A stretch of DNA of 64,000 nucleotides, from assembly GCA_965261085.1 (NCBI GenBank), contig OZ253442.1, positions 2,400,001 to 2,464,000 on the forward strand. Reading direction: 5' to 3'. Below the pieces are notes generated by a model that worked only from the letters and a program-made list of their open reading frames with translations, made no database searches and was not told the DNA's origin. This document shows positions 29,813 through 39,357 of the stretch, one piece after another; the first letter of the stretch is position 1; every line of letters starts with the position of its first letter. This DNA is from a bacterium. GTDB lineage: Bacteria; UBA8248. Made by a program: the position numbers and the translations under genes.

Positions 29813-32800
29813 AGGCGCACATCACTCTTGCGTTGGTCTTTACCGTTTCGAAACGCGCCGGGCCAGCCGCTATGCTGCTCGATGACCTCGTCGATCTCGG
29901 CCATCAGACACCGAGTTTCGGCAAGGACGGCGATGATTTTCCGGTAGTGGTCGATGTCGTCCTCGGAAAGCGTGCGACCTTTTCGGTCCTTAAGCCACTT
30001 GTGACAGACCTGATATCCGCCGATGTGGAAGTCCCAGATCTCCTCGGGTACGCCCTCAAAGCCGACATTGCCGGGCTTGATGGCGCGATGACCCTCGCGG
30101 GCGTTAGTCTTCCCGGCGTCCAGCCAGACTGTGCCGTTCGACCAGCCGACGTGGCCGACTTCCGGGTTTCTGGGACCGGTGTAGGCGGTGACGAAGACGT
30201 CGAGCTTGGGCGACTCCATCAAGTGTAGTGCGACAAGTTCACCTCCGAGCGAGGCCAGCGCGCGGAACAACTCCAAATCCAGGGCCAGCGGGAGGCGTGG
30301 GAAATCAATCTTCAGAAACTCTCTGTAGCGTTTCCGGTAGCCGGGGCTGTTAAACACCGCGTACGTGTAGTGGAAAATGTCTTCAGGGGACAGGGCTCCT
30401 GACTTCAATGGCGACAGCCGAGACGAAAGCTGCTTAAGGAACGCCTCGTAGAAATTGGGACGAGCCTCTTCAATTCCCAAGCTGCGTCGCGTGGGATCGA
30501 CATCCGGCAGAACGTAAAGAGGGAAAACATGATTTCCTTCCTTCGTCTTGTTGGACATCAAAAGCATCTCGACGATGGTGTTGGAACAAAAGACGTGATT
30601 CCACGGCGGAGTCGCAAGCTGCCGACTTGTAACTAACGCGAGATTACCCTTCTTGACTAGATTGCGATTTACCGGAGAGGCCAAGCTCCACACAAGCGAG
30701 CGATGAAAGAATAGGTGTTTGGAGTCGAATGGTCGATGAGTAAATCTAATGATGTGCTTCACAATATCACCGTCGCTCAGCTTACGAAGCTGGTCACGGC
30801 TGCGGCTCACATCCCAAGCTTTCTTGGCATTGATTTTGAACCGCTCGCACAGCTCCTTGTTCGTCAGAGACGAATCACGGAATGCTTTAGCGTTTGTAAT
30901 GAGATCTTGCGGCTCTCTCGAAATGACAAAATGATCTTTGCTGGTAAAGCAGCCAATACTGTGAAGCGGGAAGATGTCGCTTAAAGCAGTATATTGTTCA
31001 TACTCGGATCGAAGCTCGTAGTTAGTTGGAACAAAAAGATAGTAGGGTAGTGAGGGTGCCAACTCGAACCACTTGGTATCTTGTACGGACGATTGGCTGA
31101 GCAGCCTGTATTTGGCTTCACGGTCACCACCGAGCCGAGAATGACGGTAAGCCCGCCTCGCATTGTCGCTGATGTGAACGGCAACGCAGATTGCAACGCC
31201 CTGCTGAATGTCGAAAACATTCTCATCTATGGCACCGCCGACTTTCTTTGCACTGCCGCCGAGGTCATAGAAGAAAGCCTGCCTGAATGATGTCAACAAG
31301 CTATGCCTCAAACCGCGCATCGTGGGATTGTCGAGGCAAGCGTGGTTGATGATTAAACCAACGATCCCGGCTCCCGTCTCGGATGAACAATCCTGTGATT
31401 TCGCGATGAACTTCACATAGTCATCATTGAGGATCTTCTCTAGTTGGAGTGCGCCTCGTTCGCGCAGTCGTTCGCCTGCAATATACTTGTAGCGTTCCAC
31501 CAGCGAGCGGTGTACAGGATCCATATTCGCAGAGATGAGGGAATACGGTGGATTGCCGATGAGGACGGTGAAACGCTTGTTCTGTTTGATTTCGTTCACC
31601 GCCCGCGCCTCATGTGCCAACGCTGGGACCGCGAAGTCCATCAGTCCGGAGAAGTCATGAGGCGGCTCCAACGCGTTGGTCAAGTACACCTGCGCCCGCT
31701 CATCGCTGCCGAAGTGATAACCGGTCTCGTAGAGCTTTAGGCCGATCTTCAAATGCGCGATGGCGTAGGGCGCCATCAGAAGCTCGTAGCCGTGCAGGCG
31801 TGGAAGCAGATGCTTGGGGACGTATTCATTCCACAGCACTTCCATGTCGCTGGCATGTCGGCCTTGCGCTTGCCACTTCTCCACGAGCGTGCTGTGGATC
31901 ACATCGATGGCCTCGACCAGGAACGTGCCGGTGCCAGTGGCAGGGTCGAGGATCTGAACAAAATCCTGATCCAGTGAGACACCTTCGGGGATTGTAAGGT
32001 CCTTGATGCGCTTCGCCATCTCTCCCCAGGTGGAAACGTCCGCGAGACCATCGGCCAGCCCGAACTCCGTGCGCAGCAGTTCATCCACCGACCGGACGAT
32101 GTAGGAGACCACAGGACGCGGCGTGTAGAAGACACCACGCTGCATGCGCTTCTTGGCGTCGTACTCCTTCAGAAACAGCTCGTAGAAGTGGATCACCGGA
32201 TCTTCGCGAGGGTTGCGGTCGCCGAAGTCTTGGATCACGGCCTCCATATTGGCGTCGTCGAGCAGTTCCACGACCTCGGCAACGCCCAATTCATCGAAAT
32301 CGATTCCGACTCCGTTCGTTTTGCTCTGCCTCCCTCCTGCATGGATAAATGTCTCCATCAGGTCGCGGAGGAATGGGTTAGTGCGCATGTGGCCGGCGAA
32401 GTCGTCTGCCGTCTTCCTGTTGGGGTCGGCAATGCGTGCCGAGAGCAGGCCATAGGCGATGGTCTGAGCGTACATATCAGCGAAGCCATCAGCGTTCAGG
32501 TCGTGCACCAACGCTTCCTTAAACGCCTTCATGAGCTTGGTGATACGCCCGTCCTCGGTTTCTATGGCGAGTACGGTCTGGATACGGTCGCGGATGGCAC
32601 GAGCCAATTCCGCCAAGCGAATCGAGAGATCACGCGAGGTGGTAATGACTTCCCGATGGCGCAGCGTGAAGGCCGCGCGCCACTGTTTGCGCCACGCGTC
32701 GGCGTCGTCCTCATCATCAGGCCATGCCAGTTGTTCGGTCAGTTCCTTGGCAACGGCGTCGAGATGCATCGCCGCATCACGGTTGTCCCAGCCAAGCACT

Positions 32801-33255
32801 TTGAGGGTGCGCAGGTCGCGGCCATCCTTGGGCGTCGCAAAGTGTGCGATGCTAATCTGGCGTGAATCTCCCTGGCCGTAGTTGGAAACGAAGAGGAGAT
32901 CTTCCTCTGCCCACGCTCGTTGCTCGGTACTGTTGGCCGACGCGCGTTTCTTGAGCACCACCTGACCCAGAATGCGGCGCAACGCTACGACAGGGAGCTG
33001 CTTGGGCTCGAACTTGACGAAGAAGATGCCCCAGGGCTGGTTCGAAGCGAGAGGACGTAGGCGCTTGATTTCTTGGATATTGGCCGCGTTTGTTACATTG
33101 ATGCCGAGCTCATCGGCGGTGAAGTCGTAGAACAAATCGTCTACGTCCTCGAACGAGTCCCGCGCGATCGGCCAGCCCATCTCGTCACGCAGATAGACGA
33201 TCAACTGGTCGAAACGTTTGATGTTGGCAAGTACAGCTCGGTGGTCGGTTGGCAT
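29809..33255 (-). CDS. N6-adenine DNA methyltransferase with type ISP-like C-terminal specificity domain
   Basis: HFYELFL, GVFYTP, ILDPATGTGTFL, IGNPPY, DDYVKFI, DFPRLP, IGGYQVCHKWLKDRKGR. Confidence 0.9.
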   Translation of the reverse strand: MPTDHRAVLANIKRFDQLIVYLRDEMGWPIARDSFEDVDDLFYDFTADELGINVTNAANIQEIKRLRPLASNQPWGIFFVKFEPKQLPVVALRRILGQVVLKKRASANSTEQRAWAEEDLLFVSNYGQGDSRQISIAHFATPKDGRDLRTLKVLGWDNRDAAMHLDAVAKELTEQLAWPDDEDDADAWRKQWRAAFTLRHREVITTSRDLSIRLAELARAIRDRIQTVLAIETEDGRITKLMKAFKEALVHDLNADGFADMYAQTIAYGLLSARIADPNRKTADDFAGHMRTNPFLRDLMETFIHAGGRQSKTNGVGIDFDELGVAEVVELLDDANMEAVIQDFGDRNPREDPVIHFYELFLKEYDAKKRMQRGVFYTPRPVVSYIVRSVDELLRTEFGLADGLADVSTWGEMAKRIKDLTIPEGVSLDQDFVQILDPATGTGTFLVEAIDVIHSTLVEKWQAQGRHASDMEVLWNEYVPKHLLPRLHGYELLMAPYAIAHLKIGLKLYETGYHFGSDERAQVYLTNALEPPHDFSGLMDFAVPALAHEARAVNEIKQNKRFTVLIGNPPYSLISANMDPVHRSLVERYKYIAGERLRERGALQLEKILNDDYVKFIAKSQDCSSETGAGIVGLIINHACLDNPTMRGLRHSLLTSFRQAFFYDLGGSAKKVGGAIDENVFDIQQGVAICVAVHISDNARRAYRHSRLGGDREAKYRLLSQSSVQDTKWFELAPSLPYYLFVPTNYELRSEYEQYTALSDIFPLHSIGCFTSKDHFVISREPQDLITNAKAFRDSSLTNKELCERFKINAKKAWDVSRSRDQLRKLSDGDIVKHIIRFTHRPFDSKHLFFHRSLVWSLASPVNRNLVKKGNLALVTSRQLATPPWNHVFCSNTIVEMLLMSNKTKEGNHVFPLYVLPDVDPTRRSLGIEEARPNFYEAFLKQLSSRLSPLKSGALSPEDIFHYTYAVFNSPGYRKRYREFLKIDFPRLPLALDLELFRALASLGGELVALHLMESPKLDVFVTAYTGPRNPEVGHVGWSNGTVWLDAGKTNAREGHRAIKPGNVGFEGVPEEIWDFHIGGYQVCHKWLKDRKGRTLSEDDIDHYRKIIAVLAETRCLMAEIDEVIEQHSGWPGAFRNGKDQRKSDVRL

Positions 33256-33260
33256 CGGCC

Positions 33261-36200
33261 TCAGCCCTCGTTAAGTTCCATCCAGCATTTGAGCGACGGC
33301 TTCACGCCTATGGGGGCGTCAACTCGCTTGAGATACGTGTTTTTGATGTGCTTCTCGACCATCGTGCGGATTTCAATGAGCGTTTTCTCCTCCATAATGC
33401 ACTTGCGAGGCGTCTTAGGCTTGGAGCGGATGCATGCGAGGATCTCGCCCGGATCTTCGAGTATCACGTCCCGGTCGAGATCGTAGAGGTACCAGCGCGT
33501 AGTCCCCGCCTCCTCGGTAAATTCGCCGGCTTCCTTGTCGAGGGCCGGAAGCGCATAGCAAAGAAACACTCCGCGCATGCCCTCGGTCAGTCGTTTCCGA
33601 CCGCTGAAAATAGCACCTGGCAAGCATTTGAGGTGGACCTCCAGTTCCGGATCGGCCTGCAGCAAGGCTTGGTATTCGAGGTGCATGTCCTCGACCGCCG
33701 TGCGCGTACCCTCGTAAGCGTGGTTGAACTCCTTGAGCGCGTCGAAATCATCGTCGGGCGTCAAGAGCTTCTTGCCTTCGATCCCGAGCGTCTTCGAAAT
33801 CAACAGGGTTTTCTGAGTTACCTTCGTGTAAAGCGTGAGGATGGCGTTCAGCTCATCGGGTGGCAGGAAATTCCAGAAGCTCACTTTGCCACGAGAGGGG
33901 GCGACTTCTGGGTGTTCGGCGACGAGCCGCTTCTCGACCTCTGGGTTCATGCGCCGGTCAACGCGGCCGATGCGCTGCATCAGCCGCACCGGGTTCCAGT
34001 GAATGTCGTAGTTGATCATCCGCGACGCGTCCTGGAGGTTCAGTCCTTCTGAAAGGACATCGGTGGAGATGAGGACGCGAATCTCCTTGCGGCCGGCATC
34101 CGAAAGCGCGGCCGAGGAGCGGCCATTGTAGAAGGGCGAGAAGCGCTGGATCACCTCCGCCCGGTTGCTCCCGGAGGCGCTGTCCAATTGAGCCACATCT
34201 ACGATGTCAGCATCGTCGAGTTGGCGTTTGAGGTAACGCGCCGTGTGAGCGAATTCCGTGAAGACGAGGACTTTCTGCCCCGCAAGCTCCTTGGACTTGA
34301 GCAGGCGGATGAATTTCTGGAGCTTGTCGTCGTGCTTGGGCTCGAACCTCCGGGCCTCATCGAGAAACTGTACGATCTGGTCGAGGTCTAGGAAGGTCTC
34401 GGATATCATCTCCTCGACCTCATACTCCTCGCGGCCGAGAAGCTCGACAGCGTCTAGCATTTCTACCTGCACGATGTCGTCGTCCTCGGGTTCGTCGTCT
34501 TCCTCGCCCCAGAGATCCATCTGCCGTGTCATCGTGTGGCCGAGAATCTCTGCGTTCTGCGCCTTCCACCGCTCCAGCCGCCGCTTCTCACTGTCCGTCT
34601 TGCTGTGAACTTCGACGAATGCCAGCAGCTTTTTTAGAAGACGAGCGCAGGAGAGTTCGAAGGACACAACGGAACTCTCGAAGCGCTTAAGAAAATTCGT
34701 TCTGATCAGACCCACAACTTGCCGCTGCCGGTTCTGTTCAAAGGGGTCAATGTCTTTATCTGGGCCTTTGTACCAGTGGAGCGGGTAGTACATTGGAAGT
34801 GTGAATAGTGGGTTCTCCCGCGTGAAAGCCTTTTCGAACAGATCCAGAAGGCGACCATAGGACTTACGGATCGAATAGGCGGCCACTTGCGGCGCCTTAC
34901 GTTCGGGAAACGCTTTAGCCTCGCCGGTCTCGCGGATCTGGCTCTCCCGTGCGTAGTTGCGACTGCGCTGGACCACGAGTTGGCGAAAGATCGCGTCTGT
35001 GGTCAGTATCTCCTGGGCTTCGTTCATCTGCTCGGCGACATCGGTCACGGTGTGACCCACGCGCTGGCGAAAGGCCTGCTCCATCCGATTGACGTGGACT
35101 CTCAGGTTGTTGACGCCCAGGGTCCTGGCGAAGTAGGCCTCGTCCCGGCGCGTAAACAACTCAGTCATGTGGCGGAAGTCGCTCAGCCGGTTGTTGATTG
35201 GGGTTGCGGTAAGCATGAACAAGGTCTTGGGCCGCACCACGTTGTCGAGGAGATCGTACAAACGGTAGTAGCGAGACGGCTCTCTGCCGTTATCGCCACC
35301 TCGCGTACCTGGGTTCCGGAAGTGATGCGCTTCGTCGATAATCACGACGTCGGCTAACTCGGCAATACGATGGAACCGCTCGGGAAAATCCCCTTTCCTG
35401 TGCAGATCAGTGTGGCTGAAAACGGCCAAGTTGCTAAAGTCAGCACCACCACCGACGCCTCCAATGTGAGGCAGCCACTCCCGCAGGTGCGGTTCCCAAA
35501 CACCCTCTTTGGTAGCCTTGGGAGCGAAAAGCACGACGCGCTTGCCCTCGTGGAGAATTAGGCGCTCAATGAGCATCAGGCCGACAAATGTCTTGCCGAG
35601 GCCCACACCGTCGCAGAGGAATGCTCCACCGTGCTGACGAGCAATCTTCATGAGGGACCAATACGCTTCCTGTTGGTAGCGGTCGAGTTGGAGAAACATC
35701 CTCGACCTGGTTTCGTCCCACTCGGTTGCGGTCAGTTCGTGGCCACGGAAGAACTCCTGCAGCGCTTTCGCATACACATCGAACGGTGAGTAAAGGCGGG
35801 TGTGCCGTTCGACCGTCTCAATTACCGTATCGGTGATTTCTTTAGCTTCGTTCCAATGCGCCTCGAACCAATCCTGGAGCTGGGCTACCTCACGCGCACT
35901 CTGGACTTGAACGTTGAGTTCGATGTTCTCCGTGAGTCCCGGTTTCGTGAAATTGCTGGACCCCACCAATGCCTGCGAACCAACGACTTCGAGCTTGGCA
36001 TGGGTAATGTACGTCTTCGCGTGAAACTTGCCCTTGTCGTACACGCGGCATTCGATCTGACCGCTGCGCAGCCCTTCGAGAACGGCTGACACCCCGTGCA
36101 AGAAGGGATTGTCTTGCTTGTCAGCCTCGATGCTCTGATCAAGGGTTTCCGCCGCCCGGCTACGTACGGATTCGAGAAGTGCCTTTCGCGTGCGGTGGGT

Positions 36201-36407
36201 TGTTTCGGCACCCATCAGCACGCGGATTTTCTCGAGGCCTTGCCATTTTCCGTCCAGAGCGAGCAGCGCGCCGATCTCGAAGAACCCCGTCGCAACGTCG
36301 AAGGCCCTAGCGATGCCGGCCCACTCTTCGAGATATCGCAGCCCGGTCCAGCCAGTGGCGCTGTTGTCGACGATGAAGAGGCTGCGGCCCGTGGAGTCAG
36401 TGTTCAT
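33261..36407 (-). CDS. PLD-family nuclease - SNF2-like helicase fusion
   Basis: FHAKTY...GSSNFT (HxK), DGVGLGKT, DEAHH, TATP, SEGLNLQ, QRIGRVDR. Confidence 0.9.
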   Translation of the reverse strand: MNTDSTGRSLFIVDNSATGWTGLRYLEEWAGIARAFDVATGFFEIGALLALDGKWQGLEKIRVLMGAETTHRTRKALLESVRSRAAETLDQSIEADKQDNPFLHGVSAVLEGLRSGQIECRVYDKGKFHAKTYITHAKLEVVGSQALVGSSNFTKPGLTENIELNVQVQSAREVAQLQDWFEAHWNEAKEITDTVIETVERHTRLYSPFDVYAKALQEFFRGHELTATEWDETRSRMFLQLDRYQQEAYWSLMKIARQHGGAFLCDGVGLGKTFVGLMLIERLILHEGKRVVLFAPKATKEGVWEPHLREWLPHIGGVGGGADFSNLAVFSHTDLHRKGDFPERFHRIAELADVVIIDEAHHFRNPGTRGGDNGREPSRYYRLYDLLDNVVRPKTLFMLTATPINNRLSDFRHMTELFTRRDEAYFARTLGVNNLRVHVNRMEQAFRQRVGHTVTDVAEQMNEAQEILTTDAIFRQLVVQRSRNYARESQIRETGEAKAFPERKAPQVAAYSIRKSYGRLLDLFEKAFTRENPLFTLPMYYPLHWYKGPDKDIDPFEQNRQRQVVGLIRTNFLKRFESSVVSFELSCARLLKKLLAFVEVHSKTDSEKRRLERWKAQNAEILGHTMTRQMDLWGEEDDEPEDDDIVQVEMLDAVELLGREEYEVEEMISETFLDLDQIVQFLDEARRFEPKHDDKLQKFIRLLKSKELAGQKVLVFTEFAHTARYLKRQLDDADIVDVAQLDSASGSNRAEVIQRFSPFYNGRSSAALSDAGRKEIRVLISTDVLSEGLNLQDASRMINYDIHWNPVRLMQRIGRVDRRMNPEVEKRLVAEHPEVAPSRGKVSFWNFLPPDELNAILTLYTKVTQKTLLISKTLGIEGKKLLTPDDDFDALKEFNHAYEGTRTAVEDMHLEYQALLQADPELEVHLKCLPGAIFSGRKRLTEGMRGVFLCYALPALDKEAGEFTEEAGTTRWYLYDLDRDVILEDPGEILACIRSKPKTPRKCIMEEKTLIEIRTMVEKHIKNTYLKRVDAPIGVKPSLKCWMELNEG

Positions 36408-36644
36408 TCAGTCCTCCCGGCTGGAGCGCGACGGCTTCACGTCATCGTTGTCCGGTTGCACGCCAGCAGCATTGGTCTTCACCTTGATCCAAGAATCGAT
36501 AGCCGTTCGACTGAACCGCCACTGGCCGCCGACTTTGAAACCGGGCAGATCACCTTTATGGACGAGGCTGTACACGGTCTTGTCCGCCACCTTGGGGAGG
36601 CTGGTGACGTCGGCGATGGTGAGGATGTCATCTTGGCTTGTCAT
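36408..36644 (-). CDS. Excisionase-like (HTH_17) DNA-binding protein heading the restriction-like operon
   Basis: ILTIADV...KTVY.LV.KGDLPGFKVGGQWRF. Confidence 0.8.
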   Translation of the reverse strand: MTSQDDILTIADVTSLPKVADKTVYSLVHKGDLPGFKVGGQWRFSRTAIDSWIKVKTNAAGVQPDNDDVKPSRSSRED

Positions 36645-36908
36645 AGCTACCCCATCGGAGCGAAAATCGAGAAGATATTTCCAGAATATAGTAAAATATG
36701 GAGGATATGGGAAAGTGTCAAGGAATATTGAGCCACGGGAACTGACCCGTTGTGGCGGGACAAAAATAATTGCGAATGGGGAAGATGCGGGATGATTTTT
36801 GTCCGGCTACAGAGGCCGACGTTTATCGCGCGCTAAACATTCTGGAGTCTCCGTGGCCTCGCCGGGAAGAAATCATGTTGCGGACTTGGTTCGACACTGA
36901 GGAACATG

Positions 36909-37261
36909 TGACCTGCCCCCAATAGTGGTTCCACTCCCTATGTTACCTCAGAAGCCAATGCTGGAGGGCGAAGCGTAGCGAAGCCCGGAGGCATTGACTC
37001 TATCGTCTCAGCTGCCGGTGGCCTGTAACCGAGCGCACTGTGAGGCTTGATGTGATTGTATTCATTCTGCCAGCGCTCCACTAAGACTTTTGCTTCTTCC
37101 AGCGTATCGAATCTCTCCAGATTCAACAGTTCATCCCGGAGCTTTCCATTAAAAGATTCGACGTATCCATTCTCCCAAGGGCTTGCAGGTTCGATGAAGA
37201 GCGTCCTCACTCCCAGACGCGAAAGCCAATTCCTCACCCGGAGGGATGTGAACTCAGCGAA
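36909..37261 (-). mobile_element. IS3-family remnant (OrfB C-terminus and right end)
   Basis: FIEPASPWENGYVESFNGKLRDE...YNH.KPHSALGY; end begins TGACCTGCCCCC. Confidence 0.85.
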
Positions 37262-38476
37262 GTGGTGCGCCACGGCGCGCAGCGAATCATCCGCCAGGCA
37301 GTGGAAGCGGAGTTGCATGCCTTTGTGGAGGAGCATTCGGCCGAGCGCGACGGTCGGGGACGCCGGTCGGTCGTTCGCAACGGCTACCTGCCATCGCGGG
37401 AGGTGTTGACGGGCATCGGCCCGGTCCGTGTCCGGGTTCCCCGGACCCGTGACAGGTCCGGCGGGGGACATTGTTTCCGATCGGAGTTGTTGCCGCCCTA
37501 CCTGAAGAAGACGAGGCGGGTGGAAGCGGTGGTGCCGTGGCTGTACCTGAAAGGGGTTTCCACGAATGACTTCGAGGAAGCCTTGCGCGCGTTGTTCGGC
37601 GAGTCGGTGAAGGGATTGTCTGCGGCGACGATTCCGCGGCTCAAGGGCGGATGGGAGCGCGAGTACGCCGGGTGGCGCGAGCGCGACTGGGGCGGCGAGG
37701 AGTTCGTGTATCTGTGGGCGGACGGGATATACGTGAACGTGCGCGGCGAGGAGCGGCGCTGCCTGCTGATGGTGGGCTGCGACACGCGTGGCCGCAAGCG
37801 CTTCCTGGCCCTGGAGGCGGGGTTCCGTGAATCGAAAGAGAGTTGGAAGGCGGTGTTGTTGAGCCTTCGGGATCGGGGGGTGAAGGCGGCGAAGCTGGCG
37901 GTGGGCGACGGGGGGCTGGGGTTGTGGTCGGCCCTGGCCGAAGTGTATCCCGAGACACGGGCGCAGCGTTGCTGGGTGCACAAGACGGCGAACGTGCTCG
38001 ACAAGCTGCCCAAACGGGTTCAGGGCGAAGCGAAGTCGATGCTGCATGAGATATGGGGGTCCGACACCCGAGCAAGCGCAAAGAAGGCGTTCGAGCGCTT
38101 CCTCGCCACCTGGGAGGCGAAATACCCCAGGGCCGCCGACTGCCTGGCCAGGGATCGGGAGACGCTTCTGTCCTTCTACGACTTCCCAGCGTCTCACTGG
38201 CAGCATCTTCGCACCACCAACCCCATCGAGTCGACCTTCGCCACCATTAGGCTGCGAACGGCGAAGACCAGGAACTGCCTGAGCGAGAAGACGGCGCTGA
38301 GTCTCGTGCACCAACTCGCCATGAGCGCCCAGAAACTCTGGCGTCGGCTACGCGGTTTCCGCCAACCGGCCTGTGTGGTCGCCGATGTGAAGTTCATCGA
38401 TGGGGTAGACGAAAGAGAAACGGGCAGGAAGGCCGCTTGATTCACGACGGCCATACACCAGATTTGACAGTAACTC
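37262..38476 (+). mobile_element. IS256-family element, 5'-truncated transposase (37262-38440)
   Basis: RNGYL, VRVPR.RDR, YLWADG, VGDG, QRCWVHK, TTNPIES; right end ...GATTTGACAGTAACTC. Confidence 0.88.
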
Positions 38477-38493
38477 GGTTTAACTCCTAGAAC

Positions 38494-39006
38494 TCACATT
38501 TCTTTGGCCCCAATTTCTTCTATAAACTCTCTTCCTTTATTGGTAATTACTAACTCCTCTGGACTAATTTGCATACCCCCAGCAAATACGCTTCCCCCAC
38601 GCTGAGATAATTGGACAAGGCCAGCATCGCATATCCGCTTGACCAAAAGTCGCATAAATGAAGGCCACTGAATAGATTTCCCTGGCTCACAGGAGTTTGC
38701 TTCAAAAAGTACATCAATTTCCAATTGAGAAAATTTATCGTGCATAGTACGCAAATTAAGCTTGTATATCCGCAGGCTTTTTCTGTCGATATCTCCATTG
38801 TCAGCGCGACGATGACAGTTAGGACAAAGCGCGATAAGGTTCTCGTATTCGTGTTTCTGAGATTCTTTCCACGGAATAATATGATGAACGTCAACATCTA
38901 TGTGTCTACAAGTCGGAATCGCACATCGGTGACCTGCCTCTACCAAGACTTTCCGCCTGATATCAGCGGGGATAGGCGGACGCAGATTACTTGATTCTTC
39001 AGACAT
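38494..39006 (-). CDS. HNH endonuclease
   Basis: CAIPTC...VHHIIPW...NLIALCPNCH. Confidence 0.88.
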   Translation of the reverse strand: MSEESSNLRPPIPADIRRKVLVEAGHRCAIPTCRHIDVDVHHIIPWKESQKHEYENLIALCPNCHRRADNGDIDRKSLRIYKLNLRTMHDKFSQLEIDVLFEANSCEPGKSIQWPSFMRLLVKRICDAGLVQLSQRGGSVFAGGMQISPEELVITNKGREFIEEIGAKEM

Positions 39007-39357
39007 AACGCTCGCTCCAAACATTCTTCAGACTCATGCGGGCCAAATCCTATTTTCTAACAGCGCATCATAACCTTGCCACATGACTTAATTGCCAGTT
39101 ACGCAATCGTACTGGCGACTTCTTCGATAACTCTATGATAGCGCAATGGCCGAGAAATATTCTCCACGCGGGAGGAGAGCTCATCGACCAGCGTTCATTC
39201 CGTATTCAGGCCGAGGCGAGCATGGCTGTAGCACCGGAGTAAAACTGAGAGCGACCGACTGACGTTGTTCTACGTTCGCACATCACCCTTCTGAATTCAG
39301 TGGGATCAATATATCCGTATGCGGACTGGGACCAAACCAACACGTCGAACAAGACCA

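Noticed and set aside
36938-38314. 458-aa ORF as a real gene
   Set aside because: It is a chimera of the IS256 antisense frame and the IS3 OrfB C-terminus.
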